Of a stretch of 33,088 nucleotides of DNA, positions 9,660-20,653 are shown one piece after another. The notes under the pieces were generated by a model, which made no database searches, had not been told where the DNA came from, and saw only the letters and a list, made by a program, of their open reading frames with translations. A program made the translations under genes and the position numbers. The DNA lies in NCBI GenBank assembly GCA_004431415.1, contig QPMI01000077.1:1-33088 (forward strand), read 5' to 3'. Position 1 is the stretch's first letter. Every line of letters starts with the position of its first letter. This DNA comes from Cyanophora paradoxa CCMP329. Taxonomy: Eukaryota > Plantae > Glaucophyta.

Positions 9660-10412
9660 ATGGAGATCGACCTTGATGATATTCCCGAATTCGACCCTGC
9701 AAGGACAGCTAAACTCCCTTCGCGTTTTTTGCTTGCCGGACGCTCCAACTCTGGTAAGACAACTTATTGTAAGTATCTACTCTATGAACTGCGGGATAAG
9801 ATCGATCAGATTGTAATATTTAGTTCCACTGCGTTTACTGGGCAATTCAGAGATATAACCCACCCCGATAATATATATGAGGAATGGGATGATAATGTGG
9901 TGGTGAAACTCATTAGCATGCAAAAGAAACGAATCGAGAACAATGAGAAGAGGAATAGTTTAGTTATTATACTTGATGATATGATAGGTTCTAATTTGGA
10001 TATGCATAATTCAGCTGTGTTATCTAAATTGGTAACGAGTGGACGCCATTATGGTATCACAGTTATATTTAACGTTCAGCGTTTATGCTCTATTTCTACT
10101 ACCATTCGTCGTAATGTGGAGTTCGTCGTATTTTTCAATATTCTTGGGAACGAGAAAGAGTTTAATTGTGCATACGATGAATATAATGGTGGATTGGATA
10201 AGAAGACTTACAAAGAGTTACATAAAATGTGGGGCTACAATTACCAAACAGTTATAACTGGATTGCAAGGGTATGATATAAAGACCTATACAGACCGTGC
10301 GATTTTGACAGATGATGATATGAAAGGATTTCGCAAGTTTGTGAAGCGACGAGCCTTTAAAAAGAGAGTTTCGATGCAAATTAGTAATGAACCCACTACG
10401 ATTACGGTGTAG
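9660..10412 (+). CDS. A32-like (FtsK/HerA) genome packaging ATPase
   Basis: Walker A GRSNSGKT, Walker B LVIILDD, GRHYGI arginine motif, Q...IRRN. ATG 9660 preferred over 9603. Confidence 0.93.
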   Translation: MEIDLDDIPEFDPARTAKLPSRFLLAGRSNSGKTTYCKYLLYELRDKIDQIVIFSSTAFTGQFRDITHPDNIYEEWDDNVVVKLISMQKKRIENNEKRNSLVIILDDMIGSNLDMHNSAVLSKLVTSGRHYGITVIFNVQRLCSISTTIRRNVEFVVFFNILGNEKEFNCAYDEYNGGLDKKTYKELHKMWGYNYQTVITGLQGYDIKTYTDRAILTDDDMKGFRKFVKRRAFKKRVSMQISNEPTTITV

Positions 10413-10786
10413 TTGTGAAGAGCTTAACATGAGCATTCCGGCGACGTTTTCAGATTTAATAGGCGATGATCTGGCGAAGAGTTACGATGCTTTAAAGATG
10501 CCGACACGCGAAACGACGATGTATATATATGCGCATATATACACTTTTTTCACCGGAAATTCCGTATGGGTCAACCGGGAATTCGGAGGTTTTAGGTATA
10601 TATGAGGTATATATGTCTTGTTTTTTTCGCATATGACGACATATACATATATGTCCTCGCGTCACCGACATATTCGGGGTCATCACATTGCGGCGATCAC
10701 GAAAACATATAGTATGCATGGAAGTGTAATTTTATTTTTTTTCCGGTGTTCCACCAATAGCGAATCGGTTACGAAATGTCGTAGCC

Positions 10787-10882
10787 CTATGCGTTACGAA
10801 ATAGTGTAGCCCGATGCGTTACGCGTTACGAAAAAAAGTCTATGCGTTACTATTTAACGTATCCCGATGCGTTACGCGTTAC
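10787..10882 (+). repeat. Cluster of six GCGTTAC motifs arranged with a 53-bp period
   Basis: CCCGATGCGTTACGCGTTAC at 10810 and 10863; CTATGCGTTAC at 10787 and 10840. Confidence 0.85.
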
Positions 10883-10927
10883 TAAAATTTAAAATAATAA
10901 TAAGTTTTGCATTCATGGGAGACACTC

Positions 10928-10990
10928 GACAAGCCCTAGACAAGCCCTAGACAAGTCCTAGACAAGCCCTAGACAAGCCCTAGACAAGTC
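10928..10990 (+). repeat. 11-bp tandem repeat (GACAAGCCCTA, ~5.7 copies)
   Basis: Read directly from the sequence. Confidence 0.92.
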
Positions 10991-11122
10991 GGGACAAATC
11001 GATTTTCGACCAATCAAAAAATACCCACTTGAAACTCAATCAAACACCTGTAACTTTTCACCAACTGCTCCGTTTTCGATTCTGAAAAAAGATTCGGAAT
11101 CGTCGCGTTGCGCTCTGTCAGG

Positions 11123-11415
11123 ATTCGATAGGGTGAATACAGGTAATCGAAGAAAATGAAATTTTGGTTTTGAATCGGTGGGATTACGTGGGGAATTGGT
11201 GTGGTGTTGGTTTGGTATTGGTGTGGTGTTGGTTTGGTGTTGGTTTGGTGTTGGTTTGGTGTATTTTTTCGATCAAAGTACGACAATCGAGAAATTCCGT
11301 ATATTATCGTGTCAAATGAATCGAAAAATCGGTTATGGTAAGGATTTATGAAATTCTATAAGATGTGAGACGATATATGGTATTGTGGGGCAGAACGCCC
11401 AATATACCATTTTTT
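11123..11415 (-). repeat. Right terminal inverted repeat (293 bp)
   Basis: Reverse complement of 1-293; ends ...CCCAATATACCATTTTTT. Confidence 0.96.
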
Positions 11416-14400
11416 TGCATATTCCCCCAGAGAGATTTGGGGTGCATCCATCTTCTATTTTGTGGCGGATCAGAAACCTGGGGCCTTTAACTGAGTGATT
11501 TGCTGGTGGGTGGGTTCATCTTCCTAAGGCTAGCGCCTTGTGCATATTCCCCCAGAGAGATTTGGAGTGCATCCATCGTCTATTTTGCGGCGGATCAGAA
11601 ACCTGGGGCCTTTGACTGAGTGATTTGCTGGTGGGTGGGTTCATCTGCCTAAGGCTAGCGCCTTGTGCATATTCCCCCAGAAAGAGTTGGAGTGCATCCA
11701 TCTTCTATTTTGTGGCGGATCAGAAACCTGGGGCCTTTGACTGAGTGGCTTGCTGGTGGGTGGGTTCATCTTCCTGAGGCTAGCGCTTTGTGCAGATTCC
11801 CCCAGAGAGATTTGGGGTGCATCTTTCTTGTTTCTTGTGGCGGATCGGAAACCTGTGGCCTTTGATTGAGTGGCTTGCTGGTGGGTGGGTTCATCTTCCT
11901 GAGGCTAGCGCCTTGTGCATATTCCCCCAGAGAGATTTGGAGTGCATCCATCTTCTATGTTGCGGCGGATCAGAAACCTGGGGCCTTTAACTGAGTGATT
12001 TGCTGGTGGGTGGGTTCATCTGCCTAAGGCTAGCGCCTTGTGCATACTCCCCCAGAAAGATTTGGAGTGCATCCATCTTCTATTTTGTGGCGGACCAGAA
12101 ACCTGGGGCCTTTGACTGAGTGGCTTGGTGGGTGGGTTCATCTTCCTGAGGCTAGCGCCTTGTGCAGATTCCCCCAGAAAGATTTGGAGTGCATCCATCT
12201 TCTATTTTGTGGCGGATCGGAAACCTGGGGCCTTTGACTGAGTGGCTTGCTGGTGGGTGGGTTCATCTGCCTAAGGCTAGCGCCTTGTGCATATTCCCCC
12301 AGAAAGATTTGGGGTGCATCCATCTTCTTTTTTGTGGCGGATCAGAAACCTGGGGCCTTTGACTGAGTGGCTCGCTGGTGGGTGGGTTCATCTGCCTAAG
12401 GCTAGCGCCTTGTGCATATTCCCCCAGAGAGATTTGGAGTGCATCCATCTTCTATTTTGCGGCGGATCAGAAACCTGGGGCCTTTAACTGAGTGATTTGC
12501 GGGTGGGTGGGTTCATCTGCCTAAGGCTAGCGCCTTGTGCATATTCCCCCAGAAAGATTTGGAGTGCATCCATCTTCTATTTTGTGGCGGATCAGAAACC
12601 TGGGGCCTTTGACTGAGTGGCTTGCTGGTGGGTGGGTTCATCTTCCTGAGGCTAGCGCCTTGTGCAGATTCCCCCAGAGAGATTTGGGGTGCATCTTTCT
12701 TGTTTTTTGTGGCGGATCGGAAACCTGGGGTCTTTGACTGAGTGATTTGCTGGTGGGTGGGTTCATCTTCCTGAGGCTAGCGCCTTGTGCAGATTCCCCC
12801 AGAGAGATTTGGGGTACTTCTTTCTTCAATTTTGTGGCGAATCAGAAACCTGGGATCTTTGACTGAGTGATTTGCTGGTGGGTGGGTTCATCTTCCTAAG
12901 GCTAGCGCCTTATGCATATTCCCCCAGAGAGGTTTTGGGTACTTCTTTATTCAATTTTGTGGCGAATCAGAAACCTGGGATCTTTGACTGAGTGACTTGC
13001 TGGCGGGTGGGTTCATCTGCCTAAGGCTAGCTCCTTGTGCATATTCCCCCAGAGAGATTTGAGATGCATCCATCTTCTATTTAGTGGCAGATCGGAAACC
13101 TGGGGCCTTTGACTGAGTGATTTGCTGGTGGGTGGGTTCATCTTCCTAAGGCTAGCGCCTTGTGCATATTCCCCCAGAAAGATTTGGAGTGCATCCATCT
13201 TCTATTTTGTGGCGGATCAGAAACCTGGGGCCTTTGACTGAGGTTCATCTTCCTGAGGCTAGCGCCTTGTGCAGATTCCCCCAGAGAGATTTGGGGTGCA
13301 TCTTTCTTGTTTTTTGTGGCGGATCGGAAACCTGTGGCCTTTGATTGAGTGGCTTGCTGGTGGGTGGGTTCATCTTCCTGACGCTAGCGCCTTAGGCATA
13401 TTCCCCCAGAGAGGTTTTGGGTACTTCTTTCTTCTATTTTGTGGCGGATCCGAAACCTGGGATCTTTGACTGAGTGACTTGCTGGCGGGTGGGTTCATCT
13501 TCCTAAGGCTAGCGCCTTGTGCATATTCCCCCAGAGAGATTTGGGGTGCATCCATCTTCTATTTTGTGGCGGATCAGAAACCTGGGGCCTTTAACTGAGT
13601 GATTTGCTGGTGGGTGGGTTCATCTTCCTAAGGCTAGCGCCTTGTGCATATTCCCCCAGAAAGATTTGGAGTGCATCCATCTTCTATTTTGTGGCGGATC
13701 AGAAACCTGGGGCCTTTGACTGAGGTTCATCTTCCTGAGGCTAGCGCCTTGTGCAGATTCCCCCAGAGAGATTTGGGGTGCATCTTTCTTGTTTTTTGTG
13801 GCGGATCGGAAACCTGTGGCCTTTGATTGAGTGGCTTGCTGGTGGGTGGGTTCATCTTCCTGACGCTAGCGCCTTAGGCATATTCCCCCAGAGAGGTTTT
13901 GGGTACTTCTTTCTTCTATTTTGTGGCGGATCCGAAACCTGGGATCTTTGACTGAGTGACTTGCTGGCGGGTGGGTTCATCTTCCTAAGGCTAGCGCCTT
14001 GTGCATATTCCCCCAGAGAGATTTGGGGTGCATCCATCTTCTATTTTGTGGCGGATCAGAAACCTGGGGCCTTTAACTGAGTGATTTGCTGGTGGGTGGG
14101 TTCATCTTCCTAAGGCTAGCGCCTTGTGCATATTCCCCCAGAAAGATTTGGAGTGCATCCATCTTCTATTTTGTGGCGGATCAGAAACCTGGGGCCTTTG
14201 ACTGAGTGGCTTGCTGGTGGGTGGGTTCATCTTCCTGAGGCTAGCGCCTTGTGCAGATTCCCCCAGAGAGATTTGGGGTGCATCTTTCTTCTTTTTTGTG
14301 GCGGATCAGAAACCTGGGGCCTTTGACTGAGTGGCTTGCTGGCGGGTGGGTTCATCTTCCTGAGGCTAGCGCCTTATGCATATTCCCCCACAGAGGTTTT

Positions 14401-16873
14401 GGGTACTTCTTTCTTCAATTTTGTGGCGAATCAGAAACCTGGGATCTTTGACTGAGTGACTTGCTGGCGGGTGGGTTCATCTTCCTAAGGCTAGCGCCTT
14501 GTGCATATTCCCCCAGAGAGATTTGAGATGCATCCATCTTTAATTTAGTGGCAGATCGGAAACCTGGGGCCTTTGATTGAGTGGCTTGCTGGTGGGTGGG
14601 TTCATCTTCCTAAGGCTAGCGCCTTGTGCATATTCCCCCAGAGAGATTTGAGATGCATCCATCTTCTATTTTGCGGCGGATCAGAAACCTGGGGCCTTTA
14701 ACTGAGTGGCTTGCTGGTGGGTGGGTTCATCTTCCTAAGGCTAGCGCCTTGTGCATATTCCCCCAGAGAGATTTGGGGTGCATCCATCTTCTTTTTTGTG
14801 GCGGATCAGAAACCTGGGGCCTTTAACTGAGTGATTTGCTGGTGGGTGGGTTCATCTTCCTAAGGCTAGCGCCGTATGCATATTCCCCCAGAGAGGTTTT
14901 GGGTACTTCTTTCTTCAATTTTGTGGCGAATCAGAAACCTGGGATCTTTGACTGAGTGACTTGCTGGCGGGTGGGTTCATCTGCCTAAGGCTAGCGCCTT
15001 GTGCATATTCCCCCAGAGAGATTTGAGATGCATCCATCTTTAATTTAGTGGCAGATCGGAAACCTGGGGCCTTTGATTGAGTGGCTTGCTGGTGGGTGGG
15101 TTCATCTTCCTAAGGCTAGCGCCTTGTGCATATTCCCCCAGAAAGATTTGGAGTGCATCCATCTTCTATTTTGTGGCGGATCAGAAACCTGGGGCCTTTG
15201 ACTGAGTGGCTTGCTGGCGGGTGGGTTCATCTTCCTAAGGCTAGCGCCTTGTGCATATTCCCCCAGAGAGATTTGGGGTGCATCCATCTTCTATTTTGTG
15301 GCGGATCAGAAACCTGGGGCCTTTAACTGAGTGATTTGCTGGTGGGTGGGTTCATCTTCCTAAGGCTTGCGCCTTGTGCATATTCCCCCAGAAAGATTTG
15401 GAGTGCATCCATCTTCTATTTTGTGGCGGATCAGAAACCTGGGGCCTTTGACTGAGTGGCTTGCTGGCGGGTGGGTTCATCTTCCTAAGGCTAGCGCCTT
15501 GTGCATATTCCCCCAGAGAGATTTGGGGTGCATCCATCTTCTATTTTGTGGCGGATCAGAAACCTGGGGCCTTTAACTGAGTGATTTGCTGGTGGGTGGG
15601 TTCATCTTCCTAAGGCTAGCGCCTTGTGCATATTCCCCCAGAAAGATTTGGAGTGCATCCATCTTCTATTTTGTGGCGGATCAGAAACCTTGGGCCTTTG
15701 ACTGAGTGGCTTGCTGGTGGGTGGGTTCATCTTCCTGAGGCTAGCGCCTTGTGCAGATTCCCCCAGAGAGATTTGGGGTGCATCTTTCTTCTATTTTGTG
15801 GCGAATCAGAAACCTGGGGCCTTTGACTGAGTGGCTTGCTGGTGGGTGGGTTCATCTTCCTGAGGCTAGCGCCTTGTGCATATTCCCCCAGAAAGATTTG
15901 GAGTGCATCCATCTTCTATTCAGTGGCGGATCGGAAACCTGGGGCCTTTGACTGAGTGACTTGCTGGCGGGTGGGTTCATCTTCCTAAGGCTAGCGCCTT
16001 GTGCATATTCCCCCAGAGAGATTTGAGATGCATCCATCTTCTATTTAGTGGCGGATCAGAAACCTGGGGCCTTTAACTGAGTGGCTTGCTGGCGGGTGGG
16101 TTCATCTTCCTAAGGCTAGCGCCTTGTGCATATTCCCCCAGAGAGATTTGGGGTGCATCCATCTTCTATTTTGTGGCGGATCAGAAACCTGGGGCCTTTA
16201 ACTGAGTGATTTGCTGGTGGGTGGGTTCATCTTCCTAAGGCTAGCGCCTTGTGCATATTCCCCCAGAAAGATTTGGAGTGCATCCATCTTCTATTTTGTG
16301 GCGGATCAGAAACCTGGGGCCTTTGACTGAGTGGCTTGCTGGTGGGTGGGTTCATCTTCCTGAGGCTAGCGCCTTGTGCATATTCCCCCAGAAAGATTTG
16401 GAGTGCATCCATCTTCTATTTAGTGGCGGATCGGAAACCTGGGGCCTTTGACTGAGTGACTTGCTGGCGGGTGGGTTCATCTGCCTAAGGCTAGCGCCTT
16501 GTGCATATTCCCCCAGAGAGATTTGAGATGCATCCATCTTCTATTTAGTGGCGGATCAGAAACCTGGGGCCTTTAACTGAGTGGCTTGCTGGTGGGTGGG
16601 TTCATCTTCCTGAGGCTAGCGCCTTGTGCATATTCCCCCAGAAAGATTTGGAGTGCATCCATCTTCTATTTAGTGGCAGATCGGAAACCTGGGGCCTTTG
16701 ACTGAGTGATTTGCTGGTGGGTGGGTTCATCTTCCTAAGGCTAGCGCCTTGTGCATATTCCCCCAGAGAGATTTGGGGTGCATCTTCCTTCTATGTTGTG
16801 GCGGATCGGAAACCTGGGGACTTTGACTGAGTGGCTTGCTGGTGGGTGGGTTCATCTGCCTAAGGCTAGCGCC
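11416..16873 (+). repeat. Satellite A, 125-bp unit, about 44 copies
   Basis: Unit ...GGCTAGCGCCTTGTGCATATTCCCCCAGAGAGATTTGG...GGTGGGTGGGTTCATCTTCCTAA; 125-bp spacing of the spurious ORFs; one 122-bp and two 107-bp variants. Confidence 0.97.
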
Positions 16874-17071
16874 GGAGCTGGACGAGTTCAGGCTTCGCTG
16901 CGCCGCTACGCACGAGGCGCGGGCTAAGGTTGTTTAGGAGCTCATGGACCGCGCCGGTGGTGACCGTCAGTGCCGGCGTGGCCTGGTTGGGGCGATCTGA
17001 GGGACGTTACCAAACTTTTTCTACCTCGTATCCCCCTGAAGCAGAAGTGCAGCTCGTCCTAGGCCTCGTGA

Positions 17072-20000
17072 CTACGAACGTAATCGATGATGATGTTCCT
17101 GAGTTCCCCCGGTAGGGGCTCGAGGGGGAACGGCAAGGCACCGTGCAGCCGGACTGCCGCTAGGTATGCCGCGATTCCGTACACCCACGTGTGCACCGAG
17201 ATTGGGAACCCCAGGACCTGCACAGGCTGGTGGACGACACATGGGCACGGCAGTGTTGGGCCCGCGGCGACACAGAGACACCACGACGCCAACAGGGCCA
17301 GTGTAGTCGTTGACGGAGACCGGGAAGTACTTGGGGTCGGGACCGCGCGGATGCGGCTTCACCGCCTCGTTTGGGGGTTTCCGATTCGCGTACCCGGACC
17401 TGGAGAGAAGGTAGGTAGCGGGCTCCTGCCCGCTGGGCGCCTCTCCGGCTGCCGCGAATCGCCTCGGCCGCACTTCAAGCCCACTTTTAGCTGATCAGCC
17501 GCGCGCCCGTTGGGAATCCGCTCCGCGCGGGTCGGTTCGGCGAGCCACTCCAGCGGCCACCAGCGGTGGCTTCAGCAACTGCTCTCTCGCTCAGCCTGAT
17601 GTCTTCTCTGCGGCGCCGAGCGGCTGCTCGCGTCATGCTGACGGCTTTTATGCGCCCCTGCAGGCAATCGGCGTTGGCGTGATTGCACTCCTAGCGACCG
17701 CGGGCGTCGTCGCCGCACAGAAACTCGGACTCCTGGCGAGGCGATGTGCTTCTGAGCACTCGGGCGGCCCGGGGCCTCCCAACCCCCGCCGCAGCGGACT
17801 TTGGGCAGGCGCGCGTGCCCAGCTGGAGGCGGTATATCTTCCGGTGCCGAGGAGCACAGCTTGCTGGTCTGGGCTGGCGATGCTGTACGCCCGTCGGTTT
17901 TCACCCGGGCCCTCACGGGCTCCGGTTTCCGGCCCTTCCCTGGAGTTTTGGAGTCTTCGCTTTTCTAGGGCACTGCTCATGGTCAGAGGAGGGCTATAGT
18001 TTAGGCTCAGCCGCTTCGACTTTACCCTTGCTATACGTAGGCTCAGTTCCTGCGTCCTTAGGGAGGTTGTGGTAGCTTGGCCTTAGCTTCGGCTCTCTGT
18101 TTGCAGTGTTTATTAGGAGTGTGTTGTCCCCTTTCTCCAGTACGTAGATTGTGAGCACAGCACACGAGAGTCCTCACTTTCTCTTCCTGGATAGTGCTTT
18201 CAGTGAGATTGTGGTCGACGTAGACAACTTCATTAGTTGTATGGATGTGCTTATGCAAATCGACCCCGCCTCGTTTGGGGGTTTCCTCGTGCCCGCGATG
18301 ATCTGCTGCCAGGTGTTCCAGTTGTTCGCGTCGAAGATGGTGATATGCGAGCGATTCTGGATCGCGGTGGGGGCACCACGGCTGGGTCCGGCCGGTGCGA
18401 CGTGCGTGAATTGAACGATTCGAGGGCCGCACAGGTCAGCGTTGGCCGGCGTGAGAGTCATGGGCGGCGCGTTGAGGTCGTCGGGCATGGCAATCTCGTA
18501 GAAGCATCGTTCAACGTCATGACGTGAAGCGGAGTCACGGAGGTGCTCATGGTTGTCCTCATCGTAGATGCAGTCGAAGTAGTCGGCGTACTTGTTGGCC
18601 GGGTGCCACAGTGAAACTCGTCCGCGGCCGTGATCATGAACGGTCGGAACAGCAGGCCCCCACGGTTGTGTTGGCTGAGCTCGCCGTGGCCGGGGGCGCC
18701 GGCGCGGTACGGATAGGTGCCGGGGCCGGCGCCGTAGCGTACGACCAGCGTACGTGCATCTTCATGTATTTCGAAGAATGGGCGCATGTACGGAACGCGC
18801 CGGAGGAACGCCTCGAGACCAGAGTCGCCGAGTAGCATGTAAGGCATGTGGACCTCACCTAGGACGTGCATGTACTTCTTCGTCGTGGTGGCGGGGTGAA
18901 CTGGGGGTGGGTCCCGAGTCTGGATTCCCTCCAGCTCCTCGACCGGCGGTGGCTCCAGGAGCTCCTGCGGTCTGTGCCCGTCCTCCACGGTGAGCTCCTC
19001 GGTCAGATCAGCTGTCTGTCCGAACGGGGCTGGGCCTCTGAGGATGTGAGCCGCGACGGCGAAGATGTGGGGCGCGTGTCGTCCATGTTCCTGGATCGTC
19101 TTGCAGTACGCCGTGGCCAGGAAATCCGTATGCGTGAAGTGAAGCAGTGTCAAACAAATGTGATAGGAAGTATCCCGTTCCGGATCAGTATCCAGAGGTT
19201 CCGACACGCGTCTCCTCGGGGCTGTATGTGCGCATGCCGTGCGGGAGCGGGGGGCGAGGACTATGGAGACGGATAGGGTACCAGTCGTTAATCGAGTGGG
19301 CAAACAATTCCCCGTTGATGTGATTGTTGCGCCGTCCGAAACACTCACTCTCCGTCAAGTCAGGTCGCGGTTCCCGTCGGACCATCACGCCGCTCAGGTC
19401 CGGCCACACTCCATGCTGGTAGCCGGCGCCGTCGACGGTCGTGAAGCCCTTCGCCCACTCCTTGTTGGGTAGACGTTGGGTATGTCAGCGTTCTCCGAGA
19501 GTTGCGCCTTCTTGAAAGGTACAGTGTGGAATTCGCACAGGATTCTGGAGATGATGGAGTCGACCTCCTCGGGTGTAAGCCTGGCGGCCTTACGCTCCTT
19601 CTTCTGCAACTTCTCGTCATTCAGTCGCTTCTCGTGGGGGCGTTTGCGCTCTGTTCCGTAGACCATAGCGCGGGCACGAAGCCCGAAGTACGTGCTGGAG
19701 TTCCAGAAAGTGTCCTTGCTCATGTCGTCGACGAGTCTGACGAGGGAATCCCAGTCCGGAACGCGTGGTAGAATGTCAATGCCGTCCGACATCCACTGCG
19801 TCAAGTACCCGTATTCGTCAACGTCGCGCTCAGGGGGCCGTGGGACAGGTACGGCGAGAGGGTCGGTGACGGGGACCATCGGATTTGGGAGGACAGGGAG
19901 TAAGTGGTCGCGGTAGCGCGGGTAGAGCATGCAGTAGAACAGATTCAGTCGATGCTCTGCGTCCTGGAGGAAAGCCCGCGTTACCGCCAAGCGCTGGATG

Positions 20001-20340
20001 ATCGATAGCCTTGCCAAGTGCAGTGTTGAGTCGAGCAACGAGGCCGAAAGCAAGCTTGCTCGCAGTACGAGTGCTTGATTCCGTCTCAAGCTTTGTACAC
20101 CCGACGCATGGCCTCGAGGGTCAGCTGAAGGACATGGGACCGCCACGCAGTCTTGCACGCCAGTTGTAGTATAGCTCGACGGCCGGCTCCGGCTGCTTCG
20201 GGGCGAAGACGGGGGCGTGCAGTCGCGACTCGAGACGGATCGGCTTGCCCTTCTTGGCGAGTTGATGCTTGTGCATGAACGTGGTGATTGACATCACGAC
20301 GACGGTGGTGTCATGTAGCTCGGCGAGCAGTTCCAGCGCG
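17072..20340 (-). pseudogene. Decayed coding region of unknown identity, possibly with introns, interrupted by an 883-bp insertion
   Basis: Protein-like GC3-rich frames (ALELLAELHDTT..., RDVDEYGYLTQWMSDG..., YMLLGDSGLEAFLRRVPY...); RKPPNEA duplicated at the insertion; candidate intron GTGAGT...CATAG at 19348-19261. Confidence 0.45.
17383..18265. mobile_element. 883-bp apparently non-coding insertion flanked by a 21-bp target site duplication (SINE-like or truncated non-LTR element)
   Basis: CCGCCTCGTTTGGGGGTTTCC at 17362-17382 and 18266-18286; removing the insert rejoins the minus-strand frame WQQIIAGT-RKPPNEA-VKPHPRGPDPKYF. Confidence 0.8.
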
Positions 20341-20653
20341 GTTGGCGCCCGCGCCCGAGAGTGGGCCTGCGGCCCCCGGACCTGTAAGGAAGTCTGCGCC
20401 GCCTGCGACGGGCCGATTCGCCTTCACAATCTACTCAACGCCGCTCGGAATGCAGACTGCCCACTGGACTACGCAGGCTGGAAGGTGGCGCTCCGCGCCC
20501 AAGAGCTCTACGATTGCGTCAAGGTATACCCTTGGGAGTCACATCCTAGCCCGCTCTAAACGGTACCCCGAATCACGTGAAAGGGGGGGGGGGGGGGGCT
20601 ACGTCGGGAGGAGACTCTCAACACCACCTACCTACTACTTCACCATACCTAGT

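Larger units (their letters stand above)
1..11415. mobile_element. Endogenous Polinton-like DNA virus (pPolB, rve integrase, MCP, mCP, packaging ATPase), complete between TIRs
   Basis: 293-bp terminal inverted repeats; hallmark gene set by motif; compact intronless ORFs; AT-rich compared with the rest of the window; right end joins directly to host satellite. Confidence 0.95.

Noticed and set aside
11416-16873. CRISPR-like array or repeated small ORFs
   Set aside because: Whole 125-bp units repeat with no unique spacers and no cas genes; the ORFs are by-products of the repeat period.
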